Assembly (NCBI GenBank): GCA_031416075.1
Contig: JANOSY010000087.1
Coordinates: 22,977-86,976, forward strand
DNA length: 64,000 nt
Direction of reading: 5' to 3'
Origin: Candidatus Tenderia sp.
GTDB taxonomy: Bacteria; Pseudomonadota; Gammaproteobacteria; Tenderiales; Tenderiaceae
The notes beneath the pieces were generated by a model. The model was given only the letters and a program-made list of their open reading frames with translations, ran no database searches and was not told the DNA's origin. Positions within the stretch are counted from its first letter, which is position 1, and each line of letters starts with the position of its first letter. The translations under genes and the position numbers were made by a program. Below are positions 1 through 8,693 of the stretch, in pieces.

Positions 1-351
1 GATGAGCTGAACGCCCGACTGCGGGCGCTATTGCGACGCAGTAGTGGCCGCGCCACACCACTCTTGACCAATGGCAACATTGTACTTGATCCAGCCGCCC
101 GGCGTGTCACATTGAATGAGCAATCTATTGAATTGTCGCAGCGGGAGTTTGTTTTGTTGCAGGTGTTAATGGACAACCAGGATCGTGTATTGTCACGTTC
201 GCGCCTGGAGGAGACTCTCTATGGCTGGGGCGAGGGGGTCGAAAGCAACACCCTGGAAGTTCATATTCACCACCTGCGTAAAAAACTTGGCAATGGCTTG
301 ATACGGACAGTGCGTGGTGTTGGATATGTGCTTGAGAAAGCACGTACATGA
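1..351 (+). CDS. OmpR-family response regulator, QseB/PmrA-like (5' end outside window)
   Basis: Frame open from base 1 (DELNARLRALLRR); winged-helix motifs SNTLEVHIHHLRKKLG and IRTVRGVGY; overlaps kinase start. Confidence 0.9.
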   Translation, partial: DELNARLRALLRRSSGRATPLLTNGNIVLDPAARRVTLNEQSIELSQREFVLLQVLMDNQDRVLSRSRLEETLYGWGEGVESNTLEVHIHHLRKKLGNGLIRTVRGVGYVLEKART

Positions 352-1697
352 AATCGATTCGTATCCGCTTGCTGCTATTTGTACTGCTGGCGTTTGTGGT
401 GGTGTGGGTGACGGTTGCGATGATTGCCTACCAGCGGGCGGTACACGAAGTGGCAGAGCTGCTGGACGCCGAGATGGCGCAGTCGGCACAAGTACTGTTG
501 ACTGTCACACTGCATGAAATTGAGGAGGGTGATGGTAAAAAAATCAGACTTGAGCATCAGAACATGGGGCATCACTATGTGAGTAAAATTGCCTTTCAGG
601 TCTGGGAGAGAGATATTTTACTGTTTCAATCTGATACTTCACCACTGACACAGATGGCTACCGTGGCTGGCTATAGTAACCGTTGGGTAGAGGGGCAGCG
701 CTGGCGGGTATTTAAACTGGAAGGCACAGGCAATCTTTATAGTGTACAGGTGGGGCAGCTGCATGAGGTTCGTGATGAGCTGATGAATGAGATTATTTTA
801 ATCATGAGCCTGCCCGTATTTATCGCCCTGCCACTGTTGGCTCTGCTTTTCTGGTGGGGAATTAGCCGTGGTTTACGACCACTGCAGCGTGTTGCTGATG
901 AGGTTGGGCAGCGCTCCGCCCATGAGATGAGTCCGTTACCGGATGATGGCATCCCCATTGAAGTCCTGCCACTCACCCGTGCCCTGAATATATTGCTGCA
1001 GCAGTTACGCAATACATTTGATCGGGAGCGACGCTTCACTGCTGATGCTGCCCATGAATTACGTACGCCGCTGGCGAGTATTAAAACACAGGCGCAGGTA
1101 GCCCAGCGCGCTACCGTTGATGGTGAGAGACAGCAGGCACTTAAGCAGATTGGTGTGGGCGTTGATCGCGCCACCCATCTTGTTGAGCAGCTCTTAACAT
1201 TGGCCAGGCTTGACCCGGCCGCTGCCGCCAATGAGTTTGTGCCGGTAAATTTGTCGGTGCTGTTGGCTAATGTCATTGCCGATGTTGCACCGTTGGCACA
1301 TGCAAAAAATATTGATATCGGTATGGTGGAGGGGCAGGGATGTATGCTCTCTGGCAATGGCAGTGCATTGGCAGTTTTAATACGTAACTTACTTGATAAC
1401 GCAATCCGTTATACGCCTGTTGATGGCACGATTGACGCGATGGTTGTGAATGGTGATGATCGACTTGTCCTTACTGTGAGTGACAACGGTCCAGGCATAG
1501 TGGAAGAGCAGCGAGAGCGGGTGCTGGAGCGTTTTTATCGTGTGGGCACAGAAGGGGCAGCACCTGGTTGTGGGCTTGGGTTATCTATTGTTAAACGCAT
1601 TGCTGAACTGCATAACGCAACAATTCTGTTGGATAAGCCTGACAGTGGGTCCGGTTTGCGGGTGACTATCACTTTTTTTAAGCACGGAGCACCTTGA
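348..1697 (+). CDS. Sensor histidine kinase, QseC/PmrB-like
   Basis: Two TM segments, H-box FTADAAHELRTPL, N-box NLLDNAIRY, G-boxes DNGPG and GCGLGL. Confidence 0.92.
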   Translation: MKSIRIRLLLFVLLAFVVVWVTVAMIAYQRAVHEVAELLDAEMAQSAQVLLTVTLHEIEEGDGKKIRLEHQNMGHHYVSKIAFQVWERDILLFQSDTSPLTQMATVAGYSNRWVEGQRWRVFKLEGTGNLYSVQVGQLHEVRDELMNEIILIMSLPVFIALPLLALLFWWGISRGLRPLQRVADEVGQRSAHEMSPLPDDGIPIEVLPLTRALNILLQQLRNTFDRERRFTADAAHELRTPLASIKTQAQVAQRATVDGERQQALKQIGVGVDRATHLVEQLLTLARLDPAAAANEFVPVNLSVLLANVIADVAPLAHAKNIDIGMVEGQGCMLSGNGSALAVLIRNLLDNAIRYTPVDGTIDAMVVNGDDRLVLTVSDNGPGIVEEQRERVLERFYRVGTEGAAPGCGLGLSIVKRIAELHNATILLDKPDSGSGLRVTITFFKHGAP

Positions 1698-1741
1698 GAA
1701 ATGTGATTATCTGGTCTGTTGCCCCGCTGAATAATTTTCTC

Positions 1742-1770
1742 TTGACACGTAAGTCGATTGCAAGCATTGT
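1742..1770 (+). promoter_or_regulatory. Putative sigma70 promoter for the EamA leader
   Basis: TTGACA at 1742-1747, 17-nt spacer, weak -10 CATTGT. Confidence 0.5.
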
Positions 1771-1777
1771 AATCGAC

Positions 1778-1870
1778 ATGAGTAACTTTAAACACAATCT
1801 GCAAATACGAGTGATGCGTCTACGCCCCTGGCTGAAGAGACCTGTCTGCGTATTTTGGAGTGTGACTTAG
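1778..1870 (+). CDS. Putative 30-aa attenuator leader peptide MSNFKHNLQIRVMRLRPWLKRPVCVFWSVT
   Basis: ATG 1778 to TAG 1870, between promoter and terminator; overlaps alternative-pairing segments. Confidence 0.55.
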   Translation: MSNFKHNLQIRVMRLRPWLKRPVCVFWSVT

Positions 1871-1899
1871 CGATTAGCTAATCTTAAATAGAAATCCCC

Positions 1900-1936
1900 A
1901 AAAGGCCGCAGATCTCAAAATCTGCGGCCTTTTTTA
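1900..1936 (+). terminator. Intrinsic terminator in the EamA leader
   Basis: AAAAGGCCGCAGAT-ctcaaa-ATCTGCGGCCTTTT plus T-run, about 25 nt before the EamA ATG. Confidence 0.85.
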
Positions 1937-1959
1937 TTGTCTGTTAAAAGGAAAACAAC

Positions 1960-2850
1960 ATGTCAGTTCCAGCGGCATATTTGGGCATTATTTTGATTTG
2001 GGCCACGACACCATTGGCGATTAAGTGGAGCAGTTATTCTGTCGGTTTTGTTTTTGGTGTGAGTGCGCGAATGGTGCTGGCTACTGTTATCTGTCTGTTA
2101 GCGATTATTGTTTTTCGAATCCCGTTTCTCTGGAACAGCAAAACACGACCGAGCTATTTTGCAGCGGCATTAAGTATTTATGGGGCTATGATGGCGGTCT
2201 ATTGGGGGGCGCAATATATCAGTTCTGGCCTGGTATCGGTGGTCTATGGGTTGTTACCACTGGTGACAACAGTACTGGCAGCAGTGATGTTGCGGGGTAA
2301 GCTTGTACAGCCTGACAAATTGATCGGTGTGGCGTTGGGTATGGCGGGGCTGGTGGTGATATTTGAGCCACAGGATGGGGTTAATACAGCAACGTTAATG
2401 GGTGTGATGGGTGTATTAATCTCTGTCTTTTTGCAGAGCATGAGCATGCTCTGGTTAAAACGGATGGCTGCGGATGTGGCACCCCTAGCATTAACGGGGG
2501 GAGGACTATTGATAGCACTGCCATTTTATCTGCTGACCTGGTGGGTAGTGGATGGTGATCTACATCTTGATATGCCACTACGTAATGGTATGGCGATTAT
2601 GTATCTAAGCATTGTTGCTACGGTTATTGGTTTTGCGTTTTTCTATTATGTGCTGAAACGGTTGCCAGCAGATGCTATCGCCATCATTACATTAATTACC
2701 CCGGTGCTGGCACTGATGCTTGGCAATCTATTTAACGGTGAACCGATTACTCTTCATGTGATGGCAGGTGCAGGGTTGATTTTGACAGGATTGGCCCTGC
2801 ATTACTGGGGTGCTCGGTTGTGGGTTTTATTGAGTAAGGCGGGTAGTTGA
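1960..2850 (+). CDS. EamA/DMT family transporter
   Basis: About 10 TM helices; IWATTPLAIK and ITLITPVLALMLG..NGE motifs; SD AGGA. Confidence 0.9.
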   Translation: MSVPAAYLGIILIWATTPLAIKWSSYSVGFVFGVSARMVLATVICLLAIIVFRIPFLWNSKTRPSYFAAALSIYGAMMAVYWGAQYISSGLVSVVYGLLPLVTTVLAAVMLRGKLVQPDKLIGVALGMAGLVVIFEPQDGVNTATLMGVMGVLISVFLQSMSMLWLKRMAADVAPLALTGGGLLIALPFYLLTWWVVDGDLHLDMPLRNGMAIMYLSIVATVIGFAFFYYVLKRLPADAIAIITLITPVLALMLGNLFNGEPITLHVMAGAGLILTGLALHYWGARLWVLLSKAGS

Positions 2851-2935
2851 TATTGGCTAATACTCATTATTAGTGTGCGATTTTTTTATAGCTGGGGTGA
2901 TGAAGTGTTTGATTGCCTGTTGGTATGAGTATTTA

Positions 2936-3808
2936 TTACAGCTCCATGTCGATGAGTGTTTTAGCAATGCCATCACTTATTGTATCGATACTCTCGTAAT
3001 TGATTCTGTCGGGGGTATCTTTGGCGGAGCGATAAAAAGGGTAACGGTAGCGTGAGGTGTCGGTCACCATAAAGGCTTTGTAGCCGTTGAGCCAGAAGGG
3101 AGTCTGGTCGCTGCTGGCAATGCAGGAAAATAGCTGCGGTGCACTGACCTGCTTACATGGAAAGACGGTGTGTTGACAAAACAGCTTGCTGAAGTGCCGT
3201 GCGACCCCGCGCGAACGCAGGTTGGATAGTGTGGCAACAAAGTCGCCGCGGTGGGGGCAAAACAGGCTGAAGGGCATGGGTGCAAGCTGGCTTGCTGGTT
3301 TGTCGCTGTAGTAACCGAGGGAGTCAAGAATGATGGCAGCACGAATGTTGTCGCCCCGCTGTCGTGCATGGTGTGCATATACCCAGCTACCCATCTCCTC
3401 TGTGCCAAAAAAAGGGGGGGCTTGATTGCTGAAGGCGACAAAACGGATGCTACATTTGGTTCTGTTCTGGATGATGGCGCGTGATATTTCCAGTAGAGCG
3501 GCAACGCCGCTGGCATTGTCATTGGCACCAGGGCAGTTTTTGGCACTGTCATAGTGGGCACCTATCAGAATGATTTTGCCTGGTTGGCTGGTGCCGATAT
3601 GTGTGGCTTCCAGATTGCGGCACTCAACGCCTTGTGCCTGAAAATATTGGGGTCTTACCTCAAAACCCATGGCTTGCCACTGGTCGACGATATAGTCGGC
3701 TGCCCGTAATAATGCTTGTGGGTGCTGGGTATTGCGCTCACCAATATTGCCTGCCAGCATCGCCACATGTTTTTTAATGTATCCCTTTTTTATCTTCTGT
3801 TCCCTCAT
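2936..3808 (-). CDS. M28 family peptidase homolog with degenerate active site
   Basis: GAHYDS and PGANDNASG present; expected NEE, SDH and YH motifs read NQA, SDQ and YR. Confidence 0.8.
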   Translation of the reverse strand: MREQKIKKGYIKKHVAMLAGNIGERNTQHPQALLRAADYIVDQWQAMGFEVRPQYFQAQGVECRNLEATHIGTSQPGKIILIGAHYDSAKNCPGANDNASGVAALLEISRAIIQNRTKCSIRFVAFSNQAPPFFGTEEMGSWVYAHHARQRGDNIRAAIILDSLGYYSDKPASQLAPMPFSLFCPHRGDFVATLSNLRSRGVARHFSKLFCQHTVFPCKQVSAPQLFSCIASSDQTPFWLNGYKAFMVTDTSRYRYPFYRSAKDTPDRINYESIDTISDGIAKTLIDMEL

Positions 3809-4000
3809 TTTGTCATTCCTTAACGTTTCTGGCTGTTGCCAAGGGGGTATCGTCCGTCCGTCTGATTTTCAATAGCTGCTGTGTTTAGGGTCTTTAGGGC
3901 GGATATTCTAAACCATGATGGGCAATGAGGTGATTTTTGATACCACTATGTGCCACTGATGCCGCAGTTATTTTTTGGGATGAGATTTTCTCAGTCCGAT

Positions 4001-4027
4001 TTAAAGAAAACGCCGATTGGCCGATGT
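4001..4027 (+). promoter_or_regulatory. sigma28 (FliA)-like promoter upstream of pilus operon
   Basis: TTAA-N15-GCCGATGT versus consensus TAAA-N15-GCCGATAA. Confidence 0.5.
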
Positions 4028-4149
4028 AGTGTCCGGGAAGGGGGGAGTTTTGAGTGTCGGGCCACTCCTGCTGGTCTGGATGGTATCTGGAACCAGCCGT
4101 CGTGCAGTCTATTTGCAGGGCGTGGTCTTCAATGGAGTGAGGGAACGCA

Positions 4150-5520
4150 GTGTATCTTGATTATTTTGGTCTGATGGTTGCGCCGTACCGGATTACCCCG
4201 GATACGGAGCTTTTCTATGCCGGCGGTGAGCGGGGTGCCATTCTGGATGCACTGGTATATGCCATTGTCAGTGGTGAAGCGATCACCAAAGTGGTAGGCG
4301 AGGTGGGCAGTGGCAAGACGATGTTGTGCCGCATGCTGGAACATAAGTTGCCAAAAACGGTGGAGATTGTCTATCTCGCCAATCCAAGTTTGGCCCCCGA
4401 AGATGTATTGCATGCCATTGCCTTTGAGATAGAGTTGCCGGTACGTGACGATGATAATCGCCTTAAGGTGATGAAGGCGTTGCAGGAGTATTTGCTGGCG
4501 CGTCACGCTAATAGCAGACAAGTTGTGGTGTTTGTCGAAGAGGCCCAAGGCATGCCTCTGGCAACTCTTGAAGAGATTCGCCTGCTCAGTAATCTGGAGA
4601 CGCAACAACATAAGTTGTTGCAGGTGGTCCTGTTTGGCCAGCCAGAATTGGATGTCGGGCTGAGCGCTCCCCATGTGCGTCAGATCAAGGAGCGTATTAC
4701 TAATAGTTTCTATCTGCCACCCTTAAAAAGGCGCGAGACGAGTGATTATCTGACATTTCGCCTCCACTTGGCCGGTTTTCGTGGGGCACCGGTATTCTCT
4801 TACTTTGCAACCCATCTGATAGCGCTCTACTCTGCTGGTTTAATGCGGCGTATTAATATTATTGCCGATAAAGCGATGTTGTCGGCGTATGCCACCGGCA
4901 GTCAGACAGTTAAATTGAAACATGTTATTTCGGCATTGCGTGATTGTGAGTTTATTAAAAGAGGTGTGTTGCTGCGACCGCTATTGGCAAGTATTGCCAG
5001 CGTATGTTTAGTGGTTGGCGTTAGCGCCTGGGCACAGTTTGAATCGAATATAACCGTTGCTGCTGTACCCGTAGTAGAAAATATAATTGATCAGCCATCG
5101 TCCGCCGCCACGCAACCAATAGTTTCTCATGTCGTGAATGCAATTAAGAACGAGCCCCCCCGTATTTTATTTGATGAGCGTATTGAGAAAAGTGAAGCGT
5201 GGCTGGCGAGTGCCGCACCCTCTCATTTAACTGTGCAGTTACTGCGTGGAACATCGCGTGAGATGGAGGCTTTTGAGCGTTTTTTACTTCAAACTGAAAA
5301 GGAAGGTCTGTTACCAAAGATGTTTGTTTATCGTACCTCAACTGATGCTGTTGAGGTGATTAACGTGGTGATGGGCGAATATTCAACGCTTAGTCAGGCT
5401 CGATCAGCGCTTGAGGCCTTGCCACAGAGCCTGGCTCGATATCAACCCTATTTAAGAAATGTAAAAAATGTTTTGGCTGAGGCTGGAGTCGTGACTGTGG
5501 CGACAGAAAGTAGATCTTAA
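4150..5520 (+). CDS. ExeA/MshM-like AAA ATPase with C-terminal SPOR-like domain
   Basis: MYLDYFGL start, Walker A GEVGSGKT, Walker B VFVEEAQ, LFGQPEL; TM; DamX-like C-terminus. Confidence 0.88.
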   Translation: MYLDYFGLMVAPYRITPDTELFYAGGERGAILDALVYAIVSGEAITKVVGEVGSGKTMLCRMLEHKLPKTVEIVYLANPSLAPEDVLHAIAFEIELPVRDDDNRLKVMKALQEYLLARHANSRQVVVFVEEAQGMPLATLEEIRLLSNLETQQHKLLQVVLFGQPELDVGLSAPHVRQIKERITNSFYLPPLKRRETSDYLTFRLHLAGFRGAPVFSYFATHLIALYSAGLMRRINIIADKAMLSAYATGSQTVKLKHVISALRDCEFIKRGVLLRPLLASIASVCLVVGVSAWAQFESNITVAAVPVVENIIDQPSSAATQPIVSHVVNAIKNEPPRILFDERIEKSEAWLASAAPSHLTVQLLRGTSREMEAFERFLLQTEKEGLLPKMFVYRTSTDAVEVINVVMGEYSTLSQARSALEALPQSLARYQPYLRNVKNVLAEAGVVTVATESRS

Positions 5521-5541
5521 GTATACGGATAGAATGAGTGG

Positions 5542-7158
5542 ATGGATGCCTATATGATACGTTTAAAGGTGTTATTTAAAAGTACACTGATGATTTTTTT
5601 TGTCAGCGGTTGTGCTGTCACGAGCCAGCCACAAATATCGCCACTGCATCTGCAACCGGTAGCCGCATCTAAAAATAGTGATATTCCAGATGTGGTCGGC
5701 GCTGTGCCGCTGTTATCGCCACCACAGGCGCGCCCGAAGCAGGAAGTTTATACAGTGGTAGTAAATGCGGTTCCCGCCCGTGATCTGTTATTTACCCTTG
5801 CCCGTGATGCCGGTGTGAATATCGATATCCACCCAACCATTACTGGTGAAGTATCGCTTAATGCCATCCAGCAGACGTTGCCACAAATTCTTGATCGCAT
5901 TGCCAAGCAGGTGTCGTTACGTTATCACCTGGATGGTAATACCTTGGTGCTTGAGCCAGATACAGCATACTGGCGTAATTATGCGGTCGATTATCTTAAT
6001 ATGGCGCGTGAAAGTACTAGCGAAGTGGGTGTTGCTACTGAAATATCCACGGCGGGTGGCAGTGTGTCTGGGGGCGGTTCTGGCGGTAGTGGTAATATTT
6101 CCAGCACACGGGTTAAAAACAGTTCGCTCAATAATTTTTGGGATGTGATCGAGAAAAATATAATTGCCATTATTAGTCAGAATAATGTAGTGAGTTCTGG
6201 TGCCAAGCCTGTTGTTGTTAATCCGGGGTCTGGCATCATGTCTGTTTTTGCAACTGATAGTCAGCAACAGCATGTGCAGAAATTTTTGGATCAGACATTA
6301 AACAGTGCATTACGTCAAGTATTGATTGAGATGACGATTGTTGAGGTTGAGCTGAATGATACCTATCAGGCGGGTGTTGATTGGCAACAGCTGACCAGTG
6401 CTGGTGGCATATCGGCGATATCAAACATGGTGGGCTCATCGCTGTCGACACCACCTGTTTTTTCGCTTAACTACCAGAACAGCACCGCTTCTGGCCGTTC
6501 TTATGCCACAACCCTCAAGATGCTTGAGACGTTTGGTGATGTGAAGGTTCTATCCAGCCCGAAGGTGATGGCGCTTAACAACCAAACTGCTCTGCTTAAG
6601 GTGGTTGACGAAAAAGTTTATTTTACCGTTGAGCTGGAGACGATTGCAGCAACAGCCACAACCCCCGTCCAGAATAATTACACAAGTAAGATACATACTG
6701 TTCCCGTGGGACTAGTCATGAGTGTGACACCACAAATTAATGACGCTGACAGCATTACGCTGAATATTCGACCAACGATATCGAGAATCACGGGGTATAC
6801 CGTTGATCCTGCACCTCGTTTGATTAATGCCTCTTTTGATAATCTGGTTCCTGAGATTCAAGTGCGAGAAATGGAGTCATTGCTTCAGATTGCCAATAAT
6901 CAGATGGTAGTCATGGGTGGCTTGATGCAGAACAAAACCAATGAGCGGAGTCAGGGGGTGCCACTGTTATCACGTCTGCCACTGATTGGTTCGCTTTTTA
7001 AGTATCGCGATAACGCCTATACAAAGTCTGAGCTAGTGATATTTTTGCAGCCAAAAGTTATCAAGGGTGCTGGTGCAGGCATTGATATGCAACCGTATAA
7101 CAGCTATCTCGAGCAGAACAATAGGTACGGAGAACGCGCTGGTGGAGCGATAAAATGA
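5542..7158 (+). CDS. mshL: MshL-like pilus secretin (lipoprotein)
   Basis: Lipobox-like VSGC, STN-like domain, QVLIEMTIVEV, SSPKVMALNNQTA, GVPLLSRLPLIGSLF, KSELVIFL. Confidence 0.85.
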   Translation: MDAYMIRLKVLFKSTLMIFFVSGCAVTSQPQISPLHLQPVAASKNSDIPDVVGAVPLLSPPQARPKQEVYTVVVNAVPARDLLFTLARDAGVNIDIHPTITGEVSLNAIQQTLPQILDRIAKQVSLRYHLDGNTLVLEPDTAYWRNYAVDYLNMARESTSEVGVATEISTAGGSVSGGGSGGSGNISSTRVKNSSLNNFWDVIEKNIIAIISQNNVVSSGAKPVVVNPGSGIMSVFATDSQQQHVQKFLDQTLNSALRQVLIEMTIVEVELNDTYQAGVDWQQLTSAGGISAISNMVGSSLSTPPVFSLNYQNSTASGRSYATTLKMLETFGDVKVLSSPKVMALNNQTALLKVVDEKVYFTVELETIAATATTPVQNNYTSKIHTVPVGLVMSVTPQINDADSITLNIRPTISRITGYTVDPAPRLINASFDNLVPEIQVREMESLLQIANNQMVVMGGLMQNKTNERSQGVPLLSRLPLIGSLFKYRDNAYTKSELVIFLQPKVIKGAGAGIDMQPYNSYLEQNNRYGERAGGAIK

Positions 7159-8690
7159 GCCTGTTGATGGAAGCCCTGAAAAGAGCTGAACAGGCTAAAT
7201 CACGGGGCAATAACCCGGTTTCATTTCCTGTTGAACAAAAGGTATTAACGCTATCTGAAAACACAGAACATCAAGGTCAGATCAAAGAGAGCCTGGAGCC
7301 AGTGATAACGGTTGGCCCGGTTTCTGAACCGATAGCAGCGGTTGAGTTGAGCTTTGCTATTGATAACGTTGAGCCAGTGATCGATAGAGAAGATACGAGT
7401 AAATTGTCATTGGCGAGAGATGCATCTGAATTGGCGGTGACGCCGGAACCAAAAGTAAGCGTAGTAGAAGTACCACCTATAACAGAAAAATTCGCAGTTG
7501 AAGTGGCAGATTTAAATGGTGGAAATAAAGATGTGACATCGGCACCCTCTGCAACGCCAGTGATGGCAGATCAGATGGCCGTAACACCATTGAAAACACA
7601 CACTGATAGAGGTATCGCTGGTATTAATGCATCACCTGCTCGCCCACAGGTGCCGGTGATGATTGGTAATCCAAGATTTAATCGTAGTTATCTTTGGGCT
7701 GGATTATTACTCCTCTGTTTTGTGGCTGGACTCAGTTATTACTTTCAGGCCCTTAATAGTTTTGGTTCGATAAATACAGCAGTACTACCTGTTGTTAACG
7801 ATGATAATGTACACATTGATGATGAAAATACTGAAGCTGTTGCCGATCTTACTGGCGGCGCAGCATCAACTTCGGTAGCTGAGATTGCGGTAATCTCAAA
7901 TATACCTTTATCTGTAGTGAAAAAGATCGAACCCGCTGTGGCGGGTGTTTTTACGGAAAAAGCAGTTGCCAGCGACTCTGAACAGGTGCAGCAGCGCGAC
8001 CAATCTCCAATGACCATTGGTTATAAAAAACAGAATGCCATTTTAAAAACTGAAGGTGACGTGGAAACCGTGGCACAGCCATCGTTACTACAGATTGATA
8101 AAGTGGTTGTGGCCGATCCACTTCAGGCGTTATTGCAATCAGCTTATAATGCATATGGAGCGGGTGACTTGGTTGCGGCATCAGATTTTTATCGCCAAAT
8201 CCAGAGTCGTGAGGCAGATAATCGTGATGCGTTGTTGGGTTTGGCGGTAATTGCCCAGCATCAAGGAAAATCCGATAGTGCAGGTAGTTTTTACGCACGA
8301 CTGTTGGTATTGAATCCGAAAGATAGCGTTGCTGCCGCTGGCATGGTGTCACTGAATAATGGCAGCGTGACCACTCAGGGGATTAGCCGTTTGAAACTAC
8401 TGTTGCAGGAAGAGCCAGCAGCAGCGCATCTGCACTTCTTCCTGGCGAATGAGTATGCGGCACAGTCACGTTGGCCAGAGGCACAACAGTCCTATTTCCA
8501 GGCATATCACTATGCCCCGGCACAGGCGGACTATGCTTTTAATCTGGCGGTGAGTCTTGAAAAATTGGGGCAATCACAAGTAGCGTTGGAATACTATCGG
8601 CGTGCATTGATCGCTGCTGATAAAAGTACGCCATCATTTGATACACAGCGGCTGATTCAACGTATCGATACGTTGACGGCGAGGCAATAA
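7155..8690 (+). CDS. TPR-repeat pilus biogenesis protein (MshN-like)
   Basis: MSLLMEALKRAE start, long linker, single TM, C-terminal TPRs (AQQSYFQA, YAFNLAVSLE). Confidence 0.75.
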   Translation: MSLLMEALKRAEQAKSRGNNPVSFPVEQKVLTLSENTEHQGQIKESLEPVITVGPVSEPIAAVELSFAIDNVEPVIDREDTSKLSLARDASELAVTPEPKVSVVEVPPITEKFAVEVADLNGGNKDVTSAPSATPVMADQMAVTPLKTHTDRGIAGINASPARPQVPVMIGNPRFNRSYLWAGLLLLCFVAGLSYYFQALNSFGSINTAVLPVVNDDNVHIDDENTEAVADLTGGAASTSVAEIAVISNIPLSVVKKIEPAVAGVFTEKAVASDSEQVQQRDQSPMTIGYKKQNAILKTEGDVETVAQPSLLQIDKVVVADPLQALLQSAYNAYGAGDLVAASDFYRQIQSREADNRDALLGLAVIAQHQGKSDSAGSFYARLLVLNPKDSVAAAGMVSLNNGSVTTQGISRLKLLLQEEPAAAHLHFFLANEYAAQSRWPEAQQSYFQAYHYAPAQADYAFNLAVSLEKLGQSQVALEYYRRALIAADKSTPSFDTQRLIQRIDTLTARQ

Positions 8691-8693
8691 AAT

